A DNA stretch of 64,000 bases from assembly GCA_038496445.1 (NCBI GenBank), contig JALMLS010000278.1, positions 7,831-71,830 on the forward strand, written 5' to 3'. Source of the stretch: Trichosphaerium sp. ATCC 40318. Its lineage: Eukaryota > Protista > Tubulinea. Positions 13,885-29,160 of the stretch are shown piece after piece. The notes beneath the pieces were generated by a model that was not told the origin of the DNA, did not search any database, and saw only the letters and a list, made by a program, of their open reading frames with translations. Made by a program: the position numbers and the translations under genes. Positions within the stretch are counted from its first letter, which is position 1. The number at the start of each line of letters is the position of its first letter.

Positions 13885-15158
13885 AACTCTACGCAGGCGC
13901 ATCTGAAAGAAAACTACAAGGGAAAATTGTACCTGACATTTCTTGACGTTGATAGTTATGTTACCGTAACAACCTAATTAGGTGAACAAAGAATCACAAC
14001 TCAGTCAAAGGCTGGAAATAATAAAACGTTTGACCAAAACAATAGTCCACCAAGGACGCTGTCATACTTTTCTAGTACTGTCCTTTCTCACAATGGAATA
14101 GTGGTAATAGTTAACGTTGTTGGAGGCTGTAGTGACAGAAAAATTATTCAAATTTCACAAAAGTCGAAAAACAGCTACTGTTTCACTGAGGTATTGCAAT
14201 TCTCATAATTCATTTGTCGCGCCTTAAAATCGCCTATATGTGTTATCCAAGTGCGTAGAATAGTAATATACATCCCAAAATTTTTACATCAAGTGACACT
14301 TTGTTTCAAAAGGCATTTCTTTTTAGTGGCTAATGGATGAGATATAAGGTGCATCAAACAACGTTCATACAGCTGTATATGAGACTGCGTATGAGTTCGT
14401 TTCGAGTTGAAGTCTGCCGAAATTGTAAAGGTTTAAGCAATGAATCAGAAACGGACTCTTGTGGGGTAGTAGAATGCTTTGTAAAATATATTGTAACTAA
14501 GTTACGTTGGTACATCGGAAATCAACTAAAATACCAATACCTTGTCGACTTACTTTGCCGTTTCTACTTCTGATTACCACCAGTTACTTCTTGGGCCCTT
14601 TGGGCACTTGAGTCAGATCAATGCTATCACCTATCATCCTTTTTGCAAAACCTACAGATAGTACTCCACATCTCTTTCACCAGCGTTCTTTTTAAGCAGT
14701 AACTATAACCAGATCTCTTATACAATGGTAGCTGCACTACTAAAACGAAAGGAAGTACCGCACGTGCCAACATTAACAAACGTTTACATTTGCGTAGAAA
14801 ACATCAAAGCTTGTGTCTCGTATCATTGTAACCGTGAAAAAAAACAGGAATAAAGGACTTAGTGAATCTACAACACTTAGTGGTTAAGGACTGTCCAAGA
14901 TTACGAAATCATGTTGAAATATATGAGCTTACTTCTAACTAGTCAAATAAAGTAATGTAATATTGACTTCGTATCGATGTTCATTCCTTCTCATTTAAAT
15001 AATACTGTATCGGTTGGGCTTTGTTGAACAAGGAACTACTTTATGTATCTATTCTTTACATCTACAATTACTTTTATTAAGCACTGTACTATGAGCTTAA
15101 TGGCATTCAATATTATCTATAGTTGACTTCTTTGTCTCGGTTTAAATCTGTTTGAGTA

Positions 15159-17419
15159 CTAAGGAAAGTCTAGGTTTAGGTCATCATTTGGAAACAACTC
15201 AAAGCCCTCTTGAAGGGGCCAATCTATTTCTCCAGGCATACTCGCCAAGTTTTCTGTAGGTTCTAGAACATCAGTAAATTGTTCAGCGTCGACGTGACCT
15301 TTCTCATCTTTTTTAGTCATAGAGACTTCATCCATGATAAACATTTTCAACAAACTTTTTTTGTAATATTCTAATCCAGTTTTATCGGCCATTGTGAACA
15401 AAGATCTACATTACAATCCGTTAAACATATGGGGCGGTAAAAATATGCACATGAGGCACCCAATTTGAGCTTACTGTATTAAGTGGTTACAGTCATCGAA
15501 ATTAGTGTGCAAGTAAATCATTACCTAAAAGAATTTTGTATTGGCTTTTTCACTTTGATAATCTTACCTCTTGAAGAAATTGTGCATCTTTATTATGAAT
15601 AGAAATCACGCCAATATCGTGTAAAATATGCATGTGATGAGGGCATTTGTCAGGGTAGATAACACAACGGTAGAACAACTCTTTGCTTCTCTGTTCTAAA
15701 GTATCAGCATAAGTCCTTCAAACACAACCAGCTTGCCTTTAGCGCTTCTACTAAGTGACCACCAGCAAAGTAAATAAACGCAGAAACTGCAGTGCTCATT
15801 GTTATGAATCTTACATACAGTTCTGGATACTGTTTTGGATCTAGTACATCTAAAGCAAGCTGTTTCATTGTAGAATACTCATACAAGTAATTCGCGAACA
15901 TATCTTCAGACTACATTACCAAGTTAGTGAATGCCTCTAAATCAAGAAACTGCTTTTAAAACAATTTTAGCTGCATGCAGCTGTGCCCTATGATTCTAAT
16001 ACATAAAAACTTATTTAAGCGTACGACACTATTTAGTTTGAAGGCCAGGCCACTAGATGATGGAGCTTGCGTTGAAATTGTAAGCCATATCTTAACAAGA
16101 AAGTGTTAACAGATAACGTTCAAATAGTCAAAAAATTACACCTTTCCGAAAGAACACCACACTAACTGAGTTGCTAGCGCCAAACATGGCCTACTTGAAC
16201 TCTCCAATTTCCTACGAAGGTCTTCACCTATTACTTTTAAGCGATGAAGTGCGTTCTCCCTACAAATCACATAAGACACGTTCTCATTTTTTTCTTTTTT
16301 TTTTGAATGCCTGTCTGTAAACACGTGATGAGAGAATAGTTTACAGCCTCTCTCAATGAGTTCCAGATACTTAAGGGAAGAAAACTCAGGATCTTTTACT
16401 AGTTTGGCGAGCATATCTACAGTGCTTAGCGAACCAAACAACAACAAAAGTGCTAGAACATACTTTGCCCCTTAATAGAGTACTCAGATATTTCCGGCTT
16501 TCCTGCAAAGAATCCAGTATCTCTACCAAGAAGAACCAAACCAGCTATTTTATTCTCAGTCATCACTTCAAGTTGTATTTGTGACGTACTGGCGACAGAA
16601 GGGTGAACAATACCATCAAGGTTAGCCTCTATTTGCTCACAAACACCAAATAATTTTTCAGATGCTACTGGGAATACGTGACGTGCTCCTGTCGCAATAA
16701 TAGTCGTTATTTCAAATATGGTTGGGTCCGCAGACCATGCTGTAACGCATTAGTAATTTTTTTGGATTCAACATAGCCGCACAATTGCAGTTCCGTATTG
16801 CCGAGAGTACAGTTTCAGAGTTCCAGTGACGCAATGGTACACCCTTTATGGACAAATTAGCGGCGCTAGTAAATTCTCCAGCTTACAAACTTTGGGAAGT
16901 AGAGTCTATCGTAGTTCATTATCCATGTTGTAACACATGCTGAGATATTCAAGTCTATGCATAGATTCCACAGAACATTCTGCAAAACAATCGAATAAAT
17001 AAAATTATACTGGTAAACAGTTTTTGGGTAAACGCTAGAAAAAATGTTCGCTAGTACTAGCGACGGACACATTACCTCGTTTTTGGTAAGCCTCGAGTAC
17101 TGCTTGCGCCAGTGGTCAGCCTCACGTGCTCGTAAAGCGAGTTGGGCTTTTAGGTTTTCGATGGTTGTAATATATTCGTCCTCTAATAGAAATTAATGTC
17201 GATTTGGACCGTACTACACGTGCTAGATACTGCACCCCTTTTTTTGGGTTTTAAGTAAATACATTCAATATCTCTTTTAATACAACGACTACATGGCCTT
17301 CCTTCGTCGCACTTTGCATGGGACCTCCTACAAGCAGCGCAAGCGAGACTGCCGCGTCTTGTAACTCTACATATCGGCATGGCCAAACGTCTTTTTTTTA
17401 AAGGTGGTTCTTCACTCAT
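15159..17419 (-). CDS. Zn(II)2Cys6 zinc-cluster transcription factor
   Basis: ACAACRRSHAKCDEGRPCSRCIKRDIECIY binuclear cluster, then coiled-coil exon (YITTIENLKAQLALR) and further spliced exons ending at 15159. Confidence 0.88.
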
Positions 17420-17508
17420 CCTAGAACAGCTATGGCGATGTTGGTACTGTGCTCCAACCTGCTTTCAAAAGCACGTGTTTCATTCAAGAAAAGTCTTTTT
17501 TTTTCTAC

Positions 17509-17653
17509 CTGGTAAATACGGTGTTGACGATATCAAGGACAATCATACTGACAGGGCTGCATCTGCATACATTTCTTATCGTGATGCTTGGGTACCTGTT
17601 GTGTTGGCAGGAGGAGATAAGAAAAAGTTTGGTGAATAAACACAACTCAAAGC
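17509..17653 (+). pseudogene. Internal fragment of the GST gene
   Basis: Near-identical to about 23097-23246 (GKYGVDDIKD.HTDRAASAYISYRDAWVPVVLAGGDKKKFGE) with small deletion and stop; no 5' or 3' exons. Confidence 0.9.
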
Positions 17654-17699
17654 TGTTAACGTATTACAATTTATTGTCAGAATAAGACATAGTGGGTTC

Positions 17700-19892
<2,193 letters not shown>

Positions 19893-20358
19893 CGTTGTAC
19901 TTTGTTGTAAAGTAGCAGAAGTCAGGTAAATCATATTTTTCGTTATTGCCACGTCATGGTTGCGCTGTTGGCAAAAAATTCAATTAATAAAAAGCAAATA
20001 ACAAGTGAAATTTCTAATAATCCGCTATTTACAGTTATAGCACACGTGCTGAATATTTCCTTTTTTTGACCACCTGTGCGCACTAAAAGATAGCTCTACT
20101 ACAGGTTATGCAAACAGACACTTATTGGCTTGTTCGAGTGTCAATGGGTTAATAATAATAGCGAGCTGACTGAAATTACGGAGATGCCAACCGCACGTGT
20201 GACTAACGCCCTTGCACGTACGAACTCCACTTTTTTACATGAAGTATCAAGCGTTACAATATTTTTGTGGGTTTTGATACGCAAAAGCTTGGGTCGTTGT
20301 AGTTCTGATTCACATTGTTACTTTTTTTAAGTGGAAGCTCGGATCACCGTAAATCTGT

Positions 20359-20446
20359 CAGGGTTTACCCTGTCAGTCAGGGCTGAACCCTGAGATAACC
20401 TAAATCCGACCCAGGGTAACCCTGTCTACCAGGGAGGTATCCCCTG
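20359..20446. promoter_or_regulatory. Array of four CAGGG-N(3-7)-CCCTG palindromes upstream of metallothionein copy 1
   Basis: 20359-72 (N4), 20378-92 (N5), 20412-24 (N3), 20430-46 (N7); 45-130 bp before ATG; regulatory role inferred. Confidence 0.7.
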
Positions 20447-20490
20447 ATAGAATTAAAATATCAACAAACTAAACGAACTAACAACACATC

Positions 20491-20871
20491 ATGTCCTCAG
20501 ACGCTTCAGCAGAAATCAAACAACAACAATCTTCTTGCAGCGATTGCAAAGAATCTTGTAAGTCGTGCACCTACAAGACGGACTGTTCTAACTGCACCAA
20601 CTGTAAAGGCCAAGGTACGTATACGCTCGTTCTACATCAAGAGACATGATCTAGCTTCTCCGCTTGAACCTTAAGTTTTCAAATGCTAATTTTAGTTCCT
20701 AGATAACGCAGATTGTTGTTCAAAAGACGCTGACGGCAAAGCAACGTGCAGCTGCGATTGTTGTAAAAAGGTACGAAGAGACAAGACCTGTTTTTTTTTT
20801 GTTCATAAAATTAACTCCGCGTGTAGTGTGTCTGTGATACATGTGATACAAGCAAGTGCGGATGTAAATAA
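20491..20871 (+). CDS. Metallothionein-like protein (78 aa, 18 Cys), copy 1
   Basis: Exons 20491-20614, 20703-20770, 20827-20871 splice in frame (GT-AG) to MSSDASAEIKQQQSSCSDCKESCKSCTYKTDCSNCTNCKGQDNADCCSKDADGKATCSCDCCKKCVCDTCDTSKCGCK. Confidence 0.9.
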
Positions 20872-21068
20872 AGATATACTAAACCCATCTATCGCCATTG
20901 TACAAATCTGTAATCAAGAATAAACATTAATTAAACAAATTGTCAGATGTAATCTTTTAGTTAGATGTCTTTTACTGTGATTCCTACATCGCAACCGAAC
21001 GTAATGTAGACTGTAAAGAACAACGCCAGAAGGGGGAACAATTCGATACGATTTATTGTTAACAAAGC

Positions 21069-22328
21069 TCACTTGGCCCAGTTAATCTCACCTGAGTTTT
21101 TCTTCGTATTCCAAGTGACAGATGTTCCTGAAGCGAATTTACGAGTGTAAACATCTCCTTCAACTGTCGCTGGACCGAGTGGATTTCCAAGAGGCTTTTC
21201 AAATTGAGGATCCCATCCATTACAGCCCAGAATACATCCTTCTTCAACCGCAAGTAAGAACATAATTATATCTCTTTGAGTACAAATAGACTTTGGTGAT
21301 GGTGATACATCCGAATGGTGATCCACAATCTAGAATTTTTAGTTCATTTTGATTATACATTAACGTGTCCTCGTACCATGAAGTATACGTAAATTGCACC
21401 ACTTTTGAAAGCGTTTTGGACGTTTTCTATAATTGCAGATGGTTCTCCTTTAGCACGTGCCTGGACCGTTGTATTGAAAAAAATAAAACCTTCCTTTCCG
21501 AATAGCTCATAAATACCATCCATCAAGAGTTCCTTTCCTTCGTTGTACGCACTCGCAGTAGCTTCTGGTATCTCTCCACATGATAGGTCCCATGTTCTAC
21601 CATCGTTATGTTCGCACAACTGCCTAAAATTCACGTCAGACGTCATCAAACGTTTGTAAAAAAAAAAGAAGAAGCAAAAGAAAAGAAGCTGGAAAGTTCA
21701 GAAGAAGATTTCACCATGCCAAGACATACCAAATGTTTGAAGACTTGTTGTATTGTGCCCGAATGGTAACCTTGTCAGGGAAAACACCATCGACTTTTTT
21801 ATCAGCCAAAAACTTTAACCACATATCACGTGTCTTTTTCTTCCCTTGATCGAATGCGTTTATGCCAGGCATACCGTTGTCATTTTTTATGGCCAACAAT
21901 TTACCGTCAGTCTTAACGACATCTGCACCAATAGCCAATGCCTGTTCGTGTAAACCTATGAATCCAAAGTCGTACAACGTGTTTAAATAGAAAACAACAC
22001 ATAATTTTGGGTTAATCGCCCTTGCTGCGTTAATGGTAGCCTCCTGGTATTTCTCGGCACCGCAAGACGCTTGACAAGGCAGTGGCGGCTTTTTTGTCGC
22101 ATTGGCAAGACATTCGTCCCAACAAGGACCTTCCCACTTTTCTATCACTATCATACGCATTTTAGCGAGCATTTCGAGGCTTTCTTGAGATCTGTGGCTC
22201 GAGTTCTGACCACCGAAATAACCAACAGGTATCGTGGATAAAGAAACATCTGGCGGCACTATACACACCACGTGGATGGCGAATAAAGCGACAAGTATCC
22301 CAGCAATTCGGTTTGTTTGTTGTAACAT
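21069..22328 (-). CDS. Secreted putative glycoside hydrolase (GHL15/GH168-like), copy 1
   Basis: Signal peptide; IVIEKW, RAINPKLCVVFYLNTLYDF, VDGVFPD, C-terminal FLLAVE..KPLGNPLGPA..VYTRKFASGTSV; three exons. Confidence 0.7.
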
Positions 22329-22729
22329 TTGTGTTAACTAAGAAAAGTAGTTCGAATTTATTTGATGTATTTTGCTGGTTTTAAATGTGATTATTCATAC
22401 CAATTACCGTCTCAACGCACGTGGTTTACTGGGTTGTATTAAAACTATACAATTAAAACATTATTTAGAGCTGTACGACGTAAGATGACATTGTACCGCT
22501 TTAAAAGACTGACTTGGGTCTACTTCTAAATAAGGAAAGTGACCTGAGGAGAATCCAAATACCAGCAACTCAAACTAGAATAATAGAATAGAGCTGAGCA
22601 TAGCATGAATACTTCTTATAACGTGGTTAGTACACATTAGTAATGGTTTACCGAGGAAGATTTCTAAATGGAGAATCGAAACATAAAATAGTTGACACTT
22701 CATCAACTCAAAATCAAAAAACAACAACA

Positions 22730-23499
22730 ATGACAACAGCAAATGATAAACTCGGATGTACTCCAAATCTCACTTACATTCAACTTGGTAAACTTGGAGG
22801 ACGTGGTGGTCCAGTCAGGTAGTACAACCTAGTACAACAACCCAACTAAAAACTTGTTTAGATTCTTTATGTTATTGAACGGTATCAAGTTTACTGAAGA
22901 GATTATTGACTTTCCAGGCGATTGGCCTGAAAAAAAGAAAGAGATAATCAACAGTGGATTAAATCCTTTTGGCGGTGTTCCAATATTGCACTTGAATGGT
23001 AAGGTAACTCTTTCGTGTTTAAACAATCTGAAAAAAATGATGAAGGTCTTAACATGTGCGAACATGTACCAATGATAAGATACATGGCAAAGAAACTTGG
23101 TAAATACGGTGTTGACGATATCAAGGACTATCACACTGACAGGGCTGCATCTGCATACATTTCTTATCGTGATGCTTGGGTACCTGTTGTGTTGGCAGGA
23201 GGAGATAAGAAAAAGTTTGGTGAATATCAAAAAACACAACTCAAAGCATTTGACACCATTTTGGGTCAAACTGAGGGTGATTACTTCTCAGGTACAAACA
23301 TACATTGGTTATTATTCAGTGTTAACGCTCTACTACAGGCAAAGAAGTTTCTTTTGCTGACATCTTGGTTGCATCAATGATAAGAGATGTGTCTTTGACT
23401 GTTCCTGATTCTCTTGACCTCAAACCTGTACCTCGTTTGAGCAAGATGTACAATGCTGTTATTTCTCTTGATCCAATCAAGCAATGGATTGACGCCTAA
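22730..23499 (+). CDS. Glutathione S-transferase, copy 1
   Basis: LTYIQLGKLGGRGGPVRFFM..W...K...NPFGGVPIL..EHVPMIRYMAKKLGKYG..YFSG..SFADILVA; three introns. Confidence 0.9.
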
Positions 23500-23632
23500 A
23501 TGCCTCTCCACAAATAAAGTATCAGATTTCAAATAGACTTGTAAGTTAGATGTACTTATGAAGCGCTTGTCTGTACTACAAAATTAATAGCATATTTACA
23601 TGTATGTACATTTTATTGGTCAAGAGAGAGTT

Positions 23633-26600
23633 TTAAGTCAAGTCAATAAAGATTGGCTTTTTCTTCTGTTTTTTGAAGATTCTCTGGGCTACTGCAGCAT
23701 TTTTACGGTACGAAAATATCTTTCTCTTCTTTCTTGCTTGGTTATATCGATTATCAACATCAACAACTGGTTCAAAAGGTTCAAATGGCTCAGCATTTTC
23801 GTCAACAATTAACATGGGTTTCAATCTCTTTCCATACTCATTCAATGGCGTAATAGCACTTGTTTTTGATGATCTGTGTTCATTGGTATCAGCAATTTCA
23901 TCAATAAACCTAGATGGATCGTGATACGAGGTCATACCTGAAATCAAAAAGTTAGAATGAAAGTTCTTGTGGTTTTGTATGAGTGCTACCTCTAAACATG
24001 CGTCGTTGAGCATAACTCATGTGTAGTACTGCCTTTGCACGTGTTGCGCCAACAAAGAGCAACCTCTTTTCTTCTGCTATTTCATCAACTGTTACAGATC
24101 TCGAATGAGGTATAGAATCTTCTTCAACAGCTTGATAAAAATAGTTAGCGTCAATCGAATGGAAAAAAGATTGTATACCAACTACAAATACAATTGGCCA
24201 CTCTAATCCCTTTGATGCGTGAAGAGTACATATAGTAAGAGCATCATGACCCTTTTGATCTTTAGCCTCATTCGATACAGCATCACCAACCTTAGATCTG
24301 TTAATACAAAAGATGCGAATAAAACAAGAAATAAGTACCAGCAACATGTCCTGAATAAATCGAGGGAGTGGAGCCAAATCATTCGAAAATGCATTAGCTG
24401 CAGGCGGATCCCATGATTGTACCATGTCACTTTTACCATCTCGTTGATAATTCTCACTTGCTGTAACATTCAAAAGTTCCTGAACATTCTCCCATCGCGA
24501 TTCCCATGTTTCACTGTATTGTTTTGTTTGTTGTAAATACTCTCGGTACTTAATCTTCTCTAACAACTGAGCTAGCAATTCATCTAAGCTTATAACATCA
24601 ACCATATCTCTCTATCAAACCGTTAAACAAGGTTAGACGTTGAAAAAAAGCGTACAAGCTCTTCAATAGTTTGAACAAATGATAGAAATCCATTGCTTCG
24701 CTTTAACCCAGCAACAGGCATACCGGAATTCAACATCTAAGGAACGGCTTGTTAATAATCGTTCTCTTCTGAAATCTTATTTATTACCTTGAGGGCTTCA
24801 TATGGGGTAACTTTAAGAAGCTTTGAAGCATTATATAGACTATCAAGTGTCTTTGCTCCTATTTTTCTTCTTGGGACATTAATGATTCTATTCAATGCCA
24901 ACAAGTCATTAGTGTCGTTGATTACCCTCATATACGCTTCAACAAAAGTTAGAAAAGTGTATCACACGTGAGATGAATAAAATGCTACACGTGTTTTTTT
25001 GGAACGTACCTATGATGTCTTTGACTTCCATTCTATCGTAGAATTTTCTTGCACCAACAACACGATAAGGAACATGTCGTTTAGTACACTCACTTTCCAA
25101 AAGTCGAGTCATGCTATTTACACGGACAAGTATAGCGAAATTATTCAAGCATAAGCCTGGATAGTTTTTTCGGTACTTATCAACAGATTTAATCACCCAA
25201 CTTGCTTCTTTGAGATCTGAAGATAACTCTTTCTAAAAAACCCAAGTTAACAACCAAGTAGCTCAGGTAAATAAGTGTTAAAAGGTCTAGCTATTGGCTG
25301 CCTTAAAGCCAATATTTCCTACAATTAACTTGACGTACAATAACAACAGGAGGACCTTGATCGTTGTCTGTCCATAAATTCTTTTCAGAATCTTGTTGAA
25401 ACTAGAATACATAAGTACCAACATGTTACTTATTTAGAAACTTACGTTCTTAGCAACAGCTAAAATATGCTTTGTAGAGCGATAATTTTGATCCAAATAA
25501 ATCTTGAGAGTCTCAGGAAAGTCTTTAAGGAACAGTAACAAATTTTCTGAGGTGGGTGTCAAGTTAGTATGAAAAATGTTACGTGGTCATTTTAGTACTG
25601 TAGGTTGCATAGCGCCAACTAAATATAGCTTGATCTGGATCACCAACAATAGTGACATTACGCTACAGGAAGGTAAGAATGCGCATTTAATAGATATAAG
25701 AGGTGAGGTACATGGACTGATGCGAGTAGTTTGACAATAGAATATTGTAGGTGATTGGTGTCTTGAAACTAAAAAAAGTTAAGTTTCTTGCAATGACTCC
25801 AACATACCTCGTCAACTAAGATGTGCTTGAACCTATTACTATAATAATGACAAGTTCTAGGCTCACTCTCGAGTAGTTCCAAACATTTAAGAAGTATATC
25901 TGTAAAGTCTACATAGCTATGTGTTTCACAGTAGTTAACATAACCAGCAAATATTTTTTGAATTTGCTAACATAAACCAAATTAGAAAACATTCCCTTTG
26001 TTATACCTTTACGTACAACAGCATCAAGATCAGTATTATATGCTCTAGAGTAATTACTAGGAGATATTCTAGAGTTCTTAGCTTTGTTAATCTGAGACAT
26101 AACGCGGTTGATACCGGAAGCCTTAAAATAAAAAAGTTATCTCAAAAGTTTCTGATACTGCTTAACGAATAATGTTGTATGTGCGTTTAAGTCGTGATGG
26201 TCATTCCAAGGAAAAGAGTGGGTATGCGTACGGAAGTATCAAATCCTATATCTAATTCTTTGATAACTCCTTTTATAATTGAACGTTGTTCAGAAGTATC
26301 TGCAACTTTAATATTTTTCAAACCAATCTTACTTCCGTTTCTCATCAACACACGCATACAGAAGCTATGAAAAGTGCCTATTACGATCTTGGATGCTACT
26401 GATACGCCCTACCACAAGTAAACAATCATACCTCGCTGATAGAACCGATAAAAACGCAAAAAGTTTAAAGTCTCACCAAGATACACTTTACTCGTTCCTT
26501 CAACTCTGCTGTTGCTTTTCTTGTGAAAGTCACACCTAGAATACGCCAAGGAGCAACGTTGGGTTGACCACGAATAAGGTAAGCGATTTTATGCGCTTTG

Positions 26601-26875
26601 AGTTGTTAGTCAATATATGGAATTCGCCTGGGACGAACCTATTACCTTAAAAGATGTATTAGAGCGCAATTTGTACAACTTACAACGATGAAGAATGAAT
26701 AATGGCGTACTCGTGTTTTCCCACTTCCAGGCCCAGAAATAACTGCCAGAGGACCATCATTATGCTTGACAGCCTCTTGTTGGCGTTCGTTGAGCGATTC
26801 GAGGCATTTCGTCTTAAAAAAGAATCTATCATTTGCTACACGATTCCATAGTGTGGATACCTTATTTTGACGCAT
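23633..26875 (-). CDS. UvrD/PcrA/Srs2-like SF1A DNA helicase
   Basis: LNERQQEAV..GPGSGKT, VTFTRKA, GTFHSF, LVDEFQDT, VGDPDQAI, QNYRST, TLHASKGLEW, EEKRLLFVGATRAK; start approximate. Confidence 0.92.
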
Positions 26876-27267
26876 TAGGAGCGCTGTGTATGTGATTGAT
26901 TTCAATTTCACGTACTTTTTTCACAACTGTGAGCTGTTTATGGTCCAAATGAACAAATACGCGTAGAAAAAGCTCTGAGTAACGTCAGTTATGTTTGTGT
27001 AAATATTTAACACAAAGTGTACCATTTGGCAAACAAAAAGGTGAATTCTCGTCCATGAGTGGTTGTAGGCGTTCTACAGTGGGAATCTATTGAATTGGAC
27101 TTAATAACTTCTCACTTAGTGACACGTTTTTCAATCAAAAAATCGCTCAAAATTCTATCAAGTATCGATCTTTTTTTTTGGACTACTGATTGAACTGTAC
27201 AACAAGTAGAAGCTACTTAACTTTTATGTATGAAATGTATTGTGAAGGTACATTGTTATTTCGGTTA

Positions 27268-27471
27268 TTAACCAATATTTGGTGCATAAGCTACCTTACC
27301 AGCAGCGTTTACATTAATCCTAACGCGGTCAGTACGATAATCGTCGGTAGTCGCCATATCCGGTGTAATGATCTCAATGACGGTTATATCTGGCCTGTCT
27401 TTAGCTACAGCTTCTTTTGCTTCAGCGCCATCCTTTCCAACTAACTCTGGCCACTCGCTCTTATTGCTCAT
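27268..27471 (-). CDS. Potato type I (I13) serine protease inhibitor
   Basis: KSEWPELVG...DYRTDRVRINV...APNIG signature, single exon. Confidence 0.95.
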   Translation of the reverse strand: MSNKSEWPELVGKDGAEAKEAVAKDRPDITVIEIITPDMATTDDYRTDRVRINVNAAGKVAYAPNIG

Positions 27472-27720
27472 TTGTTCTATTACAAGTAAGTTCTGGTACT
27501 AATATCGTTAACGTACAGTACTCTGTATCTCAGTTTTTCAAGATAGCATTTTCGTCGCACAGTCAAGCATGGTAAAGCAGCGAGAATTATTCCACGCCAG
27601 TAAATCCAAGTTGCGATGCTTGTATAGTATGACAACATACTGTTGTACTGTTGCAGTTGCCAACAGTGAATCTGAATAAGTATGGTACAAAGCTTTATTT
27701 CTTTCGGGCTGTATTTCACT

Positions 27721-29160
27721 TTAAATATTCTCTGGAATCACTCCAAGAATCAAGTCACGCAAACCACTTCTCTCAATAGTATTCTTTACATGTACTAACT
27801 CCTAAACACGGTTAAAAAATCACGTGAGCGGCACGTGCGAAGAACAAAAAAAAACGTACAAGAGTCAAAGGTTCCACAAATTTAAAGTACTTCTTACGCA
27901 ACCGGCGTAGTTTTCCAGGACTTATTTCGCCAGCTTTTGCTCGCCAATCATAGATTTTAAGAATATAAGGTGAAAATATTGTTGAAAAAGTCAAGTATCT
28001 TTCCAAAGCTGTTGCATTCGTTCTACGTTTGTTTATACTATTCATTGTATCCAAAAGTACTGTTCGTTGTGTTTCTGTTGGCTTCATACCAATATCTGGG
28101 AGTAGAGAGCACATACAAGACGAGAGATTGCCGTCATCGTTCATTAGAACTTGAAATTCAATTAATATATAATCTGCCTTCTTTGGCTTAAATTTCCGCC
28201 TCTTGAATTTTGCTACATCTCCAAATTCCTTTGCAAGCTTGTATAGATATGAGTTACCTAAATAATGGATGAGAAATTAATTCAACTTATAACAACAACG
28301 TACTCAATATAACTTGTTCAAAGAATCCAAAGGTCGTTCCCCAACTATCCCAAATCTTGTCACTATTGAGCGCTGGCCCATACTCCTCTATTGGATATAT
28401 ATGATGGCTAGTGGCCTCTGACAACATGCCTACATTACATTAGACACATTGGCGTATGATAAAGATCACCAAGTACCTGCACAGTCCATTTTTGCCAAAA
28501 TTCTGGCTTGCTACAATAACAATTACTTTTAGGAAGTATGAACATTTTTTAAAAGCGTACACGGTATTCATCCGGACTTCCATGCTCCTTGTAAAATGAT
28601 TTAATCTCGCCAAAAGCGATTTGAAGGGTTATCAAGTTTGACGTTACTAACGAAAATTCCTAAACCGCGTAGTCAGTAACACATGAATGTGCTCACGCGA
28701 AAGCAAACACCAAAACCGTTTTTCATAAAAATTATTGTTCTATTTAAAATTAAAACGAACCTCGAATGAATCTTTGAGCTCCTTGCGCGTCTCTATTCGC
28801 AGAATCTCCTTGTGAATCACTGATACGTTTGATTTTGATATTTTAGACTGCAACCAATCTTCAAATGACTCAAAGTCTCTATAAACGCGTTTTAGGAGCA
28901 ATTTAGATAGCAAACAGCCTCTAGTAGCTCACGTACAATGCTGACGCTTTGTGAGGGTAAGACTCCATCATTTCAACTAGATCATGTCTAAAACCCAACC
29001 CTGGTACTGATTGTGATCGTTTTCTGAAGGCCATTGGACTCTTTTTAGCTTTCTTCCTCTTTTTACCTTTCTTATCTCTCTTCCTTCGAATTGACGTTAC
29101 GACATCATCATAAATGTCTTCAAACGTGAGTGATCTGTTATTTTGGTGAGGAGACGCCAT
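27721..29160 (-). CDS. Hypothetical multi-exon protein with basic N-terminus
   Basis: Several open exons bounded by GT-AG signals; no family recognised. Confidence 0.6.

Larger units (their letters stand above)
20245..23501 (+). repeat. Segmental duplication, arm 1 (MT + hydrolase + GST)
   Basis: Reverse-complement homologous to about 32551-35900 including introns and intergenic DNA. Confidence 0.93.

Noticed and set aside
14330-14945. Possible LRR-like remnant (GIKDLVNLQHLVVKDCPRL)
   Set aside because: Only one short LRR-like stretch; insufficient support
20359-20446. Palindrome array as CRISPR, telomeric repeat or MITE
   Set aside because: Units are 13-17 bp with irregular short gaps and no cas genes; not tandem TTAGGG; no terminal inverted repeat/TSD structure seen
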